Assembly: GCA_951406725.2 (NCBI GenBank) | Contig: OX597824.1 | Coordinates: forward strand, 13,516,001 to 13,580,000 | Direction: 5' to 3' | DNA: 64,000 nucleotides | Source: Octopus vulgaris | Lineage: Eukaryota | Shown here: piece by piece, positions 42,984-57,047 of the stretch | How positions within the stretch are numbered: the first letter of the stretch is position 1 | Layout of the letters: each line of letters begins with the position of its first letter | Notes under the pieces: generated by a model | Seen by the model: the letters and a program-made list of their open reading frames with translations, nothing else | Database searches by the model: none | What the model was told of the DNA's origin: nothing | Position numbers and translations under genes: made by a program

Positions 42984-43169
42984 CACCATAATAGATCAGT
43001 AGCCACTACACACATTTTTTCTCTCCTTGTTTTTGTTCTGTGTTCTTTTCTGTAGAAGTGCGTAGGCTCGAATCGTAAAAGACTTTTTCAATTCCTGAGC
43101 GTTATACTAATACATCTGTTTTTTTTATATACACCACCTGTCTTCGTCTTTTGTTTTTTCCTGAACTCT

Positions 43170-43172
<3 letters not shown>
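42984..43172 (+). mobile_element. Family HH2 element, copy 5
   Basis: Core CTGTAGAAGTGCGTAGGCTCGAATCGTAAAAG from 43050; followed by a TA tract. Confidence 0.7.
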
Positions 43173-43213
<41 letters not shown>

Positions 43214-43999
43214 CCATTCATATGTGTGTGTGTGTGTGTGTGTATGGAAAAAATATACATATGTGTGCGTAGGCAGATGCACGTTATACCGAACGTATTA
43301 CGCATATACTCTCTACAGAAGCTATTACTAGCTGCTTTAAGGTAGCGATAAGTTTGAAAAGAGATACGTGATACTTTTTTTAATAAATGATTTACATGGC
43401 AGCCATTATTAGTTGATGCCAGCTGTTGTAGACTTTAAAAGAACAAATTGACTGACAATATGATTTACTGTTATAAAAATGTACGATTTCTTAGACAATA
43501 TTATTGGAGATGCATAATTTTCAAGACAGTATAATTTGAAGCGGAATTAGTCGAGCAAACAAATTAAGACATAAACGTCTGAGTACATTTTTTAATCTTC
43601 ATTATGGCTATTTTTGAAGAAGAAAACTAACTATTCGTTGCTGAGCAAAAAAATATTTTAACGCTGATTGCATATCTGAAAAACAATGTTGAATATTATA
43701 TGTATGTTGTCTTCCGATTACTAACTAGAAAGAAAAGATATCTGCGCCATTGAAACTCAAACTATAACGTCTCCGAGCCATGGTGGTTTTCTTAATGTTT
43801 TTTTTAAAGTTTTGTAGTATTTCATTATCTTTTTTTTTTTATCGCAGAAATCAATATTTGAAAAATATATGAATTTTACGGTTCCCTTCCCCCCTCGCTC
43901 TCTCTCTCTCTCACTCACACACACACAAACACCCACCCACACACACAGACACATGCATACGCATAGTGATACGGTGTACACAAAACCACACATACATGC

Positions 44000-44052
<53 letters not shown>

Positions 44053-46026
44053 AGTAGTATCATATTGAAGTTATTACTGTGGCTAGTATATTGACTAAAG
44101 CCTTGATTCTTCTTCTGTATTATGGTCGCAACGCTGAAGGCAGTGTATTTATGTTATATGCATATTATACATACATATATGTATGTGCGTGTGTGCATGT
44201 ATATATATATATATGTGTGTGTGTGTTTATATGTATATGGTGAATGTATATATGAGTATACTACAGTGTAATGAAAATATATGTTGTCTCGTCTGCCTAT
44301 TACAGCTTCGCTATTTATACTTTGAATTTCAAAAGATATTTTTAACATTGATTTTATTATATCACGGAGAATTGATATTTTCTCATCGAGTTAAGCTCAA
44401 CTATAAAAGTAGTCTATCTTACCTGCGCCTCTTCAGCTGATATGAAAATAGCAGCCAATTCAAAACGCACCATCCTTTTTTATTCTATATTCTACATAAT
44501 TTGGTCTGATTACAAACCTCTTAAATGATTTGTGCTAGGATCTTGCACGCGTAATGTAACGTGTAGAACAAATTCAGACAACAGATATTACCCAAGTAAT
44601 TGGCAGGCAAAGACTCCTTTTAGATGTTTGAGACAAATGATTTGATCGACATTTTGGGGGTACCAATGTCGGCAGGAACACCCCGAGTCAGAAATGAATT
44701 CCATTTCGACGTTCTGAAGAATATTGACTGGGCGAAGAGAGTTATTCGAGATCTGGCAAGTAAGACAGAGCGAGGATAAGCGTGAGAGGATAAGCGTGGA
44801 ACGGTTTTTTTTTATTATTCGATAACCGTTTGCAAGAAAATTATAAGAATTTCAAGAGACCAAAAGCCATTATAGATATGAGCGCATAACGGCTGAATGA
44901 GGAAGAATTACACTTCGTGACCACGAATTCTTAGGTTCAGAAAAGGTCATTTTTAGTAGACTTGGGTGTGTTCATACCTTGTGTGTTAAATTGGGTAGAC
45001 GGAAACAATTAAATACCCTGTCGGGAAAAACTTATCTGTAATTCAGAATATACAATCTTGTCATTCACTACATCATACTGATATGATAAATGCGCGTCTC
45101 TAAGGAATACTCAGCCATTTACACGCTAATTGATAAACAAACTTTTTTGGTTGATTGAACAACTGAATCCTCGTTGTAGAGCGATGGGGATCTATCATCA
45201 CCAGTGCCACCACTGCTGTCCCACCCCCACCAACACCACCATTATTGCCATCACAATCTCCATTAGTATCACCACTAAAGCCACTAACACAAACATCACC
45301 ATAACCAGCATCATCACCAGCACCACACAACCACAAACACCACAACCACCACCACAATTGTAATAACGATAAAAAGAAAAGGCGGAATGAAAAATCGAAA
45401 TGACAGCGTGCTCAACAGTTGTTCCTAACAACAATACTACCAAATATATTTATATGATATATATATATTTATGTCTTTTACGAGACACAATTTGTATATA
45501 TAGTAACAACATTGTCGTCGATGTTATTGTCAGATGATATCACTTTGAAAAATAATAAGAAAAAAAAGATTAATAAAAGAAACTTACGCAGAATCATTCA
45601 TGAAGATACGAAAGATTTCTTGTTTTGATCTGAGAAGTAGGCGGATAATTCTAAATGTTCCGTCCTGCGTGTTTCAAAGCCTGTTAATAGTTAAAGCATG
45701 AAGATAGTTTCTCTAGCATAAACAACACAATGCAAATATTTCACTATACTTCCACGAACACACTGATACAGAAAAACATATAAACATACACATATATACC
45801 TCCCAAACACCCAAACGCTATACACACTATTATATGCACGAACATTAACACATACAAAAATATGTATCTATATACGTACGCATATTTTATTTCTTGTGTG
45901 TTCATTTTCTGGTACAGAACAAAACAAGTAGTTATCAATACATTCTTCTTAGATAGAGACACATAAATCAGATAAACGTGATATCTGATCCTGTTCATCT
46001 TACATATGACAAACATAACCCTCCAT

Positions 46027-46066
<40 letters not shown>

Positions 46067-46203
46067 AATCGGAGGTGCAATCTATGTGTGTGTCTTTTCA
46101 GAACGTTGTCTGGTTTAAAAAACTACATCAGATGGCATGATCGTGCTAAAGTGTAGGTGCAGGAGGCAGTCAAACCCTGCATAAGGTGTAGACAATCACC
46201 CTA

Positions 46204-46259
<56 letters not shown>

Positions 46260-47302
46260 CATGTGTGTATGTGTGCGCGTGTGTGTGTGTATGTATATAT
46301 GTGTATATGCATATGTATATATATACATAGAAATATTTTTAAGTAAATGTCATTTCAAAAATGTAAGTCATTTGTACAAGAAGGATTTATATTTAAGCTT
46401 TCTCTAAACAGACAATATTTCAATTATTTTAATTATTTTCAATTGAATACTATTACGAAATATTTTTTGGCATATTCAAAAATATTTTAAAGTGAAAATG
46501 ACTTTAAAAAATACGGTAAATATTTCGTACAAGACCCGTTTGCAGATGTGTGTATATATACAGCCATATATTCATAGTTAAATATCAAACCAACGGAGAA
46601 TGTGGTTAAGCACGAGCTTTATATATCCGTTAAAAATAAGAAACAATACAAATATATCAGACACAGAAGCTATCGTATTTGTTTTAGAAAACTTCCTAAA
46701 TATTATATAATAATTGATAAAGTTACTGTGAATGAATTGTATTTAAATTTGAAACATTTTGCAAAATCCATTACTCTGCTTGAGGTGGGGATGAATATTC
46801 ACAGTTCAACGAAGAATCTGGAAAATCGCAGTAAATTTCAAATGCAATATGACCTTCGGCTCAAAAAGACGTACTTTTACAAAATTTCAGTTCATATGTT
46901 AAAACCTGTGATCTTGTCGAGACCTCGAAGCACACTGACACAAACTGACACACACACACACTCACACACACACAACCACACACAGACACACACAAACATA
47001 TCTATATAGAATCACAGAGATGCACAGTCTATTACCCGAGGATGATATGACTGTTGAATATAGGCCTCAGCTGCGTCGCCAGAAGCATAAAAAGAATAAT
47101 TTTAGCGGTGTGAACGTTTATGTACATGCATACTTACGCACGTATGTATATTTGTATGCATGTATAAATGTATGTATTCATATATATATATATATATGTA
47201 TATATATACATGTACGGAGATATATATGTATGCATGTTTGCATATATGCATATATGTATGCATGTATATATATATATGTATGTATTTATATATGTATATC
47301 AA

Positions 47303-47590
47303 TATTCAGTTTTTTTTTTCATGATTTCTTATCAATAGAGAAAGAACCGGTTTCTAACCTAGATTAAAGGCTCCTTCATTGGAATTTTAACATCAACAGG
47401 ATATTTTTGTGTGTCATTGTTCAGGTTTATTTCAAGATTTCTTTCCAATAGAGAAAAACCGATTTATATATACTTATGTCATTATTCAGTTTTATTTCAT
47501 GATTTCTTGTCAATAGAGAATGAGCCCATTCTTAACCTAAATCCAAGGTTCCTTCATTGGAACTTCAACATCAACAACAGGGGATTTTTT
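47303..47590. repeat. Tandemly duplicated unit (about 2.5 copies)
   Basis: tattcagttt...catgatttctt...caatagagaa...ctaaccta...ccttcattggaa...aacatcaaca recurs at about 47303 and 47483, with a partial copy at about 47418. Confidence 0.75.
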
Positions 47591-47814
47591 TGCATGTATG
47601 GATGGATGGATGTGCAGTTTTGTATGTTTTATGTATGTATTCTCATGCACATAGTGCCTCTCTAGACACGTTCATATATACATTTAAATGATAAACTTCT
47701 GGAAAGTTGTACAGATTTTTACAGTTCCAGTGATGGATTGGATCTGTAGTCTTTGAATTAGCTTTTTTCCTTTCTGCTCTTGAGAATCCTAATTTCTCAA
47801 AATCGGTATTTAGA

Positions 47815-48546
47815 CAGTGTATTACATAAACCAGTTCTCCAAATATACTGGTTTACAAACACTCAAGTGTTGGAAGGCAGCACCATGTTTGTCTATGGCC
47901 TTCCCGAAATTCTTCATGAAACCAAGCTTGATATGAAGACGAGGAAAAGTGCCTTGTTCATGTCCACTACAGAATTTTATTGGACACTGTGTTCACCAGA
48001 CACGAAAGTGCTCCTAGATCCCCCTTCCAGTCCTTCTGCTTGTAGTGCTTGGACACAGCCCTACTACCCAGAGACAGAAAAAGCAACAGTATTTTGTGAA
48101 GCTCGCAGAGACTCCACTGGTACTGGTTGTACTAGACAGGCTTCCAAAAGGATATGTCTGGCCAAATATTTGTTCTGATCTCCAATTTTACAGTCGAAAT
48201 AATGAAAGTAAGCAGTTTTCAGGAGGGAAATAATTGTTCGGCGTTGTGCAACTGTTGGGAAATTCCCATACACATAGCAAAATAAATTTGCTTTCTTGAT
48301 GCATCCTCGGTATTTTGAAGTACCTGAAGCCATTGTAGAGACATGTATGATATGTATCGCAAAAATCTGAAAAACAAAATAAAATTTGATCATATTTATT
48401 GGTTAACGTAAATTGTCACAAAATCATAATAATCTATAACTCAAAAACTAGAGGTGATGAGTGAAAAGTGGATTTGTATCCGAAATCAGCACCCCAAAGT
48501 TAAGCAACAAATTTTTATGTTTGCTTCAATATCTCTGTAAACCAGT
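47815..48546 (-). mobile_element. DNA transposon relic, CMC/Chapaev-3-like transposase N-terminus
   Basis: Minus ORF 48064-48393 contains GCIKKANLFCYVYGNF...QRRTI...KTAYFHYFDCKIGDQNKYLARHI, resembling the FCYICG...AYxxYFGxKLGDQDKxWAPH transposase motif. The right terminus reads CACTGG on the minus strand next to TAA. The superfamily assignment is from memory. Confidence 0.6.
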
Positions 48547-48660
48547 GTAATTACAGGTATAAACCTGAACTTGTAATCTGGAGAAGGTTACAGCAGATTT
48601 CTCAATAGTTCAACGTAGGTATTCTCTTTTTCACTGATCCTCAGTTTTCTTAACATCTGC

Positions 48661-48732
48661 TGTATGTATGTATGTATGTATGTATGTATGTATGTATGTA
48701 TGTATGTATGTATGTATGTATGTATGTATGTA

Positions 48733-48803
<71 letters not shown>

Positions 48804-48958
48804 ATGTATGTATGTATGTATGTATGTATGTATGTATGTATGTATGCATGCATGTATGTGTGTGTGTATATATGCATGCATGTATGCATGTATGCATGTA
48901 TGTATGTATGTATGTATGTATGTATGTATGTATGTATGTATGTATGTATGGATGTATA
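48661..48958. repeat. (TATG)n/(TG)n microsatellite
   Basis: Direct inspection. Confidence 0.92.
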
Positions 48959-49402
48959 TTTAAGCCTGGACTAATGCTGGATATTACACGACACGCTATA
49001 CAAGCTCGTCTGCTTACGGTTTAGATATTTAAACCTTGTGTTTGTTGTTCATCCTACGAATACCGCAACAACACACCACACTTCCTAGTCTATAGCTGTA
49101 CGAATATATGACTATAAGTAGCTCTCTCTCTTCTTCTCTCAGTATACATGAGCGCATGTGCGTGTGTTCATACATGTGTGTTCGTGACTAAGTATGTGCA
49201 TGTGTAGGCATGCATATATTTACGACTTAAAATTATTTGTTGTAAAGAAATACCTACACTACAAAATGATAAATGAGTAAACAACTTTATCGCTGATAAA
49301 CTTAGCATTTGTAATTCGTCGATAAAATATATAGTAATTTCAAATGTTTGTATGTCTTCTGTATATTATAAATTGTTTGAAATATATTCTTTTATTTAAT
49401 TT

Positions 49403-49403
<1 letters not shown>

Positions 49404-49459
<56 letters not shown>

Positions 49460-49460
49460 G

Positions 49461-49491
<31 letters not shown>

Positions 49492-49588
49492 GTATGTATG
49501 TATGTATATCTCTCTCTCTCTCTATATATATATATATGTATGTATGTATATATCTATATATATATATATATGTATGTATGTATATATC

Positions 49589-49619
<31 letters not shown>

Positions 49620-49734
49620 ATATCTATCTATATATATATATGTATGTATGTATATATCTATCTATATATATATATATGTATGTATGTATATATCTATCTA
49701 TATATATATATATATGTATGTATGTATATATCTA

Positions 49735-49775
<41 letters not shown>

Positions 49776-49886
49776 CTATCTATATATATATATATGTATG
49801 TATGTATATATCTATCTATATATATATATATGTATGGATGTATATATCTATATATATATATATATGTATGTATGTATGTATCTATC

Positions 49887-49932
<46 letters not shown>

Positions 49933-49994
49933 TGTATGTATATATCTATATATATATATATAGATATATATATATATATGTATGTATATATGTA

Positions 49995-50078
<84 letters not shown>
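49404..50078. repeat. Compound (TA)n/(TATG)n/(TCTA)n microsatellite with higher-order periodicity
   Basis: Direct inspection. Confidence 0.92.
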
Positions 50079-50079
<1 letters not shown>

Positions 50080-50311
50080 TAAGTATTTTTTAAAAAATAC
50101 AGAAACATGTAATATTGATTTTTCTAATCTTCATGTCTGAATTAGTTTCTTGCACAAAAACATGTCATTAATTTATATTCTCCAAATTATTAAATATAGA
50201 AATAATTAATTTTGCAATTTTGCACTGTAAACATTTAAGTGATCATAACGAAGAATAAATTTCTATTTTTAACATTTTATTGTCGTTCTTGTTATAAATT
50301 CTTATTTTTAT

Positions 50312-50734
50312 ACTCTTTACTCTTTTACTCTTTTACTTGTTTCAGTCATTTGACTGCGGCCATGCCGAAGCACCGCCTTTAGTCGAGCAAATCGACCCCG
50401 GGACTTATTCTTTGTAAGCCCAGTACTTATCATATCGGTCTCTTTTGCCGAACCGTTAAGTGACGGGGATGTAAACACACCAGCATCGGTTGTCAAGCAA
50501 TGCTAGGGGGACAAACACACTGACACAAACACACATACACACACATACATATATATATATATACATATATACGATGGGCTTCTTTCAGTTTCCGTCTACC
50601 AAATCCACTCACAAGGCTTTGGTCGGCCCGAGGCTATTGTAGAAGACACTTGCCCAAGGTGCCACACAGTGGGACTGAACCCGGAACCATGTGGTTGGTA
50701 AACAAGCTACTTACCACACAGCCACACCTGCGCC
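50312..50734 (-). mobile_element. tRNA-derived SINE, family A
   Basis: Reverse-complement match to 20716-21141 with an (AGTAAAAG)n tail. Confidence 0.85.
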
Positions 50735-50951
50735 TATCTCTATGTTAATATTAAAACGTAATACTGTATAACTGTTCTTCTGTTCAAAATAACCAGCGTG
50801 GCTAGAAAAATTTTAGGCATTTGTTGTTTGTTAACTAAACCACCTGAAACGAAAATATTACTTACAGTGGTATAAGAAATTCCAAGACTCATAAACTTAT
50901 ATGTTGGGCTGGCATATAAATTCGTTTTTTTCCCTCACTATATGGCACTCC

Positions 50952-51704
50952 GTGGAGGCGCGTGGCTTAGTGGTTATGGTGTCAGCATCATGATCGTAAG
51001 ATTGTGGTTTCGATTCCTGGACCGGGCAACGCGTTGTGTTTTTGAGCAAAATACTTTATTTCACGTTGCTCCAGTCCACTCAGCTGGCAAAAATGAGTAA
51101 CGCTGCGATGGACTGGCGTCCCGTCCAACTAGGGAACACATACGCCATAGAAACTGGGAAACCGGGCCCATGAGCCTGGTTAGGCTTTAAAAGGACGCAA
51201 GTGGAGGTTCGTGGCTTAGTGGCTAGGGTGTCAGCATCATGATCGTAAGATTGTGGTTTCGATTCCTGGACCGGGCGACGCGTTGTGTCTTTGAGCAAAA
51301 CACTTCATTTCACGTTGCTCCAGTTCACTCAGCTGGCAAAAATGAGTAACGCTGCGATGGACTGGCGTCCCGTCCAACTAGGGAACACATACGCCATAGA
51401 AACTGGGAAACCGGGCCCATGAGCCTGGTTAGGCTTTAAAAGGACGCAAGTGGAGGTTCGTGGCTTAGTGGTTAGGGTGTCAGCATCATGATCGTAAGAT
51501 TGTGGTTTCGATTCCTGGACCGGGTGACGCGTTGTGTCTTTGAGCAAAACACTTCATTTCACGTTGCTCCAGTTCACTCAGCTGGCAAAAATGAGTAACG
51601 CTGCGATGGACTGGATCCCATCCAGCTGGGGAACACATACGCCATAGAAACTGGGAAACCGGGCCCATGAGCCTGGCTAGGCTTTAAAAGGGCGCATTTT
51701 TTTT
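50952..51704 (+). mobile_element. Head-to-tail trimer of a 249-bp tRNA-derived SINE (head H2 + T2-like tail)
   Basis: Units start at 50952, 51201 and 51450; single T-run at the end; flanking near-direct repeat TATATGGCACTCC / TATATGACACTCC. Confidence 0.9.
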
Positions 51705-52037
51705 ATTATATGACACTCCATCGCCAAATGTCTGAAAAGAACTAAAATTTATTCGTATTTTAAAAGCGGTAAAAAAAAAAAACTTTGCATTGGACGAAAA
51801 CAGTTACTCCAAAGCAAAACAAAAAAAAAAAAGATATGCAAAACACCACGAGAAAATATTTTTTGTTCTAATTCAAATAAAGTTGGAAAAGTTTAAAATA
51901 AATAGTAAAACAACAGACGAATATTTCTAAAAATCCAATATGTATTCAATGTAAAAAAATATGGATCGGGCAGAAATTAAAATTCAAAAACAACTTTTTT
52001 CTTCTATTTCTGAAAAAGTAATTTTATTTTCTTCTAG

Positions 52038-52283
52038 GAAATGGCACAATCGAATATCCCGAATTTGTGGAGATGATGGCGAGACAGATGGGTCCACCAG
52101 ACGCAGAGAGGGAAATGAAAGAAGCTTTCAAGGTGTTCGATAAAGATGGTAATGGACTTATAACAGCTACCGAACTGCGTCAAGTCATGCTTAGTTTCTC
52201 GGAAGAAAAGCTGACCGAAGGAGAACTAGAAGATATGATGAAAGAGGCAGATATGGATGGTGATGGGATGGTCAGTTATGAAG
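52038..52283 (+). CDS. Squidulin-like / calmodulin-like EF-hand protein, internal coding exon (EF-hands 2-4)
   Basis: Acceptor ttttattttcttctAG at 52037, donor G|GTAAAT at 52284; 246 nt, phase 1-1, in frame with the 12586-12729 exon. Encodes (G)[81 protein letters not shown](E). The QMGP linker, GNGLIT and FSxEKLT (one residue longer than calmodulin) recall squid squidulin rather than calmodulin. Confidence 0.95.
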
Positions 52284-52606
52284 GTAAATATTAATAATTC
52301 TATTTATTGACGTGTGTTTACCTTTACAGACATTGTTCGGAGATTCAGAGAAGTATAATGTGAGTAGAGGCATCAAGCCACGTAACCATGGAATCCAGAC
52401 TGATTTCGTCAAAAATACGATTTTAAATGATTTGTCTATTTATCTGCCCATCTATCAGTCATCACCGTCCCATTCTTCTTCGCACTCTCAACATATATAT
52501 ATATATATATATTTAAAATTTAGACTCAGATGAATATGGTACTTAAGTTGAGGCACCAGAATTTAGTTTAGTATTATCTATACAATTTAAAATAAGGTGA
52601 TTAAAA

Positions 52607-52903
52607 TCAAAATAAGCAACAAGGATATCCACAGGTAATGCAGTACGATCGTTTCATGCGACTCCATTTATAACTGTGATGTTGTTGGTAAAACATCTTC
52701 TTTGTCTATCTCCTTATCCTCTTGGAGATTTTAGGTAAAATTATACTAGTGTGTCCTTCAAATTTAAATTAAATTCTATGTTTTTGTGCAGCTGAAGATT
52801 GCTCTACATTTTAAATTGAAGTAATGATTGCATTGTTCAATTAAATGGAGTCGCATGAAACGATCGTACTGCATTACCTCTGGATATCCCTGTTGCTTAT
52901 TTT

Positions 52904-52905
<2 letters not shown>
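52607..52905. repeat. 64-bp near-perfect inverted repeat in a TA-flanked element
   Basis: 52607-52670 versus 52842-52905, with few mismatches. Confidence 0.9.
52787..52873 (+). ncRNA. Type-I minimal hammerhead ribozyme motif (Penelope-like)
   Basis: Stem I TGCAG/CTGCA; core CTGAAGA (52792-52798); long imperfect stem II; GAAA (52857-52860); palindromic stem III AC-GATC-GT; cleavage triplet GUA (site after 52868). Confidence 0.75.
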
Positions 52906-52951
<46 letters not shown>

Positions 52952-53116
52952 GAAATAGAAAGATGAATAATCTTGTTGCAGATTAATCAAAAGTTTAACC
53001 GATATGGTCTCATTATTCAATCGGAATTTGGTAAATTGTGCCTTTCGAAACACGTGTAGAATGCAATAAAACGATTTCTGTTCAATCTTCGTTCAACTCC
53101 ATTTCTTCAATTCACT

Positions 53117-53175
<59 letters not shown>

Positions 53176-53766
53176 CTTAATATTGAACGCTACAAATTAG
53201 ATGATTTTCATTTGAACTCAGAATTACCGTTAGAGCATCAGAAATACTGGGTAAATAACTCTTACAAAGCGGAAAATTTATCACCTAATAGCCATGGGAC
53301 TCGAGCCCATATCCCTCATAGTCTCCGGTTGAGTGCTTTACCATTAAGCTAAACCGCCCGCTGACAAATTTGTATATTTTAGGTGTTTTAATGCCAGACA
53401 AAGTAGCGCTAGTAATACGTTTGTGTTCGAACTGAGATGTCATTGAGTGCTGATAAATGGTAATATTTTCCAATAACCAAATGTACCGCGCACCTGAGAG
53501 ACAGTGTTATATTTACGTTTCACAAACGTCAAGTATACCAAGTACTCTGGTTTACCAACACATTTAAATATGAATGTATGTACATGTGGATATGTGTGTC
53601 AGTGCGTGTCGGGCAAGTTGTACGCACACACATACACACACACACATATGAAGCTTACGCACCACTTGCTTGCGCTATACTTTCGCTAATTGTTTTCGCT
53701 TCCTACATAGGTGCACGCAGACATTAATACTTTTAATCCAGTGGAATAGGGAGGATGTGACAGCTG

Positions 53767-53814
<48 letters not shown>

Positions 53815-56280
53815 TGCATTATATATATACACCTGTCTGTGTGGATTTGTGTATGTGAATGTATGAAGGTTTACATTTGTCTACATGTTACATAATAGAT
53901 GTGAATCGCTAATTTTACTTCTGTTCCGGTCAATTTGGTCACCACATGATAGGCTATAGGATAATATAGTATCATAATTTATTTGGTTTCATGATATAAT
54001 GGTTGCTAACAGATGGTATCATGCGAATAAATATAATCTTATGCTGTTTCACTCCTTTATAGGCTGATAGTTTTCTTAAACCAATAAATGGAATCTGATA
54101 AGATAACCATTGCTGTTTTTCATGTCTTATCCAGATTTATACAATCAAAATCATTCTAACGGTGATTACACCGCAGTTTTCTACATTTAGTCCTACATTA
54201 GTATATGCGCCCTACCGTTTTTATCATTAGGAAGTTGAGATCCAGAGAGATTTAGCTGTGATTTATTGTACGACGAATGCAGAACATACCATCTTTGTGT
54301 CGATGTTCGCAATATATTACCCCTATTTATAGTTTTAACGAAAAGTTTATTCGTTAGTTGAGTCAGAGGAGTTCAGAATCAGAGGAGTTCAAAGTAACCG
54401 GTTTAAATATTCGAAGAACAGCAGTTGTATTGGCAAATTTATAAATCTCCAACAATATTACCGAGCTTTTATGTAGGTATTTGAAACAGAAAAGAGCAAC
54501 TGACCTCTCCTGTGGTCAACTCTGCCGTTTATCATTAGTGTCGATAAATTAAAGGACTACTCAAATATTGATAGCTCATTTAATAGATTATATTCTCTTT
54601 CAAAACGTTGGGGCATTGTGATAGCGTTAGAAATCAATATAATTTTATATTGGTGAATGATAAATGGCAGAAACTTTAAAGTTAGGCTGCCAAACAAAGT
54701 GAACTTTCACGTTTGTAGTTTTTAATTCAGTCTTGGTCAGCTTGACTATTGATCCTTTCATGGTCGATAAAATGTCTACACTTTTATCTCAGTACTGTTG
54801 GCCATGTCTCACTGTCTAAAAGAAATATTAATAAGAATTAGAGGGTGGTCCATATTAGATCCGCAGAGTGCTGGCTTTGTGATACAATAGCTGACAATAT
54901 TTAATTTCATCCTACTACGACCATATATGAAATTTCCAAACCGAGATCGAATTAGCATTTTTGCCAGTTCATCCGAGTTGGATGGAATAAATAAAGTATC
55001 AGAGGCATTTCTTCCTTTCTCGATAAATATTTGTGTACCGGACACTATTCAACCAACCATATATATACCCATTCAATATATATGTTTGATTCTACTGAAG
55101 CAAGAAACTAATTTTTATGAGGAGTCTGTATACTCTGAAATTCATACAAGGTAATTTTATTTTACGTTAGCATTTTTCATGTATTCACATGCTTGAACCT
55201 AATGTCGTGGCAGAAGAAGCCATGGAAACCGAGAAAATCATCTCATATCTTCGAAACACGCAGATATTTTCCCCTCCATCATTTTTGCACAGGTTTACTT
55301 GCCAACTGTTAACTGAACAACCAATCTTTAAAGATCAGCTCACACATTTGAAGCAGCATTGATCAATAACAGCAAAAGAGTTAAAGGCTAAATAGCTTTG
55401 GTTCATTGCCAACATTTAACAGCTTTTCGAGACATTTGAAATGACAAAATAAAACTCTGAGATTCATTCAGCGACAACATGATATATGCCAACTCTGTTA
55501 AGTAGGAAAGATCGCATAATTGAGAAGAGCGTTAAGTTAGTAAACACCAATACACACACACACACAAACATACTCTCTCTTTCACACATATTTATATATA
55601 CTGTCACATACGTTTGTACATACATTGATGTACACATACATTTATACATATCTATCTATCTGGGTACTTCTAAGTAAGTAAATGGTTTTTCGTCGGTTTC
55701 CACGATGGGTTTTCAGTTGTTCGATAAATATGTTTCGCCATTCAATCATTGGTAAGTGGCTGGGGCATCCCTTGGTCAAGTGTACCCTAAAAATATGCAT
55801 CCGACAGAATCATCAAAAATAGATTGTGTGACAAGGCCGGGCCTTTAAATTCTATGATCAATTTATAAAATTAGTTACAACAGATTTCCCGTGTACCCAA
55901 TTTCGGCCTGGGGCTTTGGTAAATGATACTTACCCAAGATGATACGAACCTGGAACGTTGTGGTTCCGAGGCAAGAACAATAATCAAACATGCACGAATA
56001 TTCATTGAGAGGAGGAGAGAGGAAAACTGGGTAGGAATGTTTACATGTTTGCTTATGAAGTACGCGAAGGTAAATGTATATATAGATATATGTGTGCGAA
56101 GTCAACGTCTCTGCAGGTTAATTGATTAGCATGTACATATATCAATAGTTAGCTTGAGACATGATTTAGACTCCAGAAATATCACTCACAATGTAAATGA
56201 TGATCTCTAATATTTATAAGATATTTATAGGTGATTTGGTATTCTTTACAATATGATGGCTCAAATATTTATATATATAT

Positions 56281-56342
<62 letters not shown>

Positions 56343-56392
56343 CAACCTTGTGTGTATAAATGTAAAGAATTTTTATTAGAAACGTCGAAATG

Positions 56393-56602
56393 TATATTGT
56401 ACGATACGAATAAGTAGATAAAAAGTTTTTCAAATGCACAGTTGCCGTTAGAATGGCAGAAATACTGGATAATTTACCCTTAGAAGACGGAAAATTTTGA
56501 CAACAACCAGTTTTGTAAGGATAGTTTACCCAATATTTCTACTGTTCTAACGGCAACTCTGCGTTCGAAATAATACTTTCATATATTTGTATCGTGCAAT
56601 AT
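56393..56602. repeat. Imperfect inverted repeat of about 90 bp (fold-back element)
   Basis: cagttgccgttagaatggcagaaatactggataa versus ttacccaatatttctactgttctaacggcaactc, with matching outer arms; a related single arm lies at about 53185-53285. Confidence 0.8.
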
Positions 56603-56999
56603 ATATATATATATATATATATATAACTTATAAAATAAGTGCAAAAGAAAAATTCTAATGCCAAATATGCCGAAAATTGACAAATTGTCAATAACCATTA
56701 TAATTAATGCGTCTCGAAACAAGCCGATAGAAATTTCTAAAAATTCCGTTATTACCGTATTGGTCCCAATTACAGAGTTAATTCATAACAATTTTCTCCT
56801 CGTCAGCGATAAATACGTAAGACATAAATGAAATACTTACTCATACCCATGGCAAAAGCAAGCACTAAGTCCTGAGCAGACCTAAGTACCCCAAATATAT
56901 CCAAAATAGAAAACCTTCAGCAAATCTCGAGACACGTGTGATTCGAACTACAATCTTTCACAGACTGAGAGAGTCCGGAAGTGAACACTATATACATTA

Positions 57000-57047
<48 letters not shown>

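Noticed and set aside
46602-47009. 135-aa ORF
   Set aside because: No recognisable motif, AT-rich composition, runs into a CA repeat.
50952-51704. Possible tRNA gene cluster or CRISPR-like array
   Set aside because: Units are whole SINEs with tRNA-like heads; there are no unique spacers and no complete cloverleaf, and the context is eukaryotic.
53040-53065. GAAAC-ACGT-GTA hammerhead 3' half (similar GAGAC-ACGT-GT near 56929)
   Set aside because: No matching CUGANGA or stem I found upstream; at most truncated relics.
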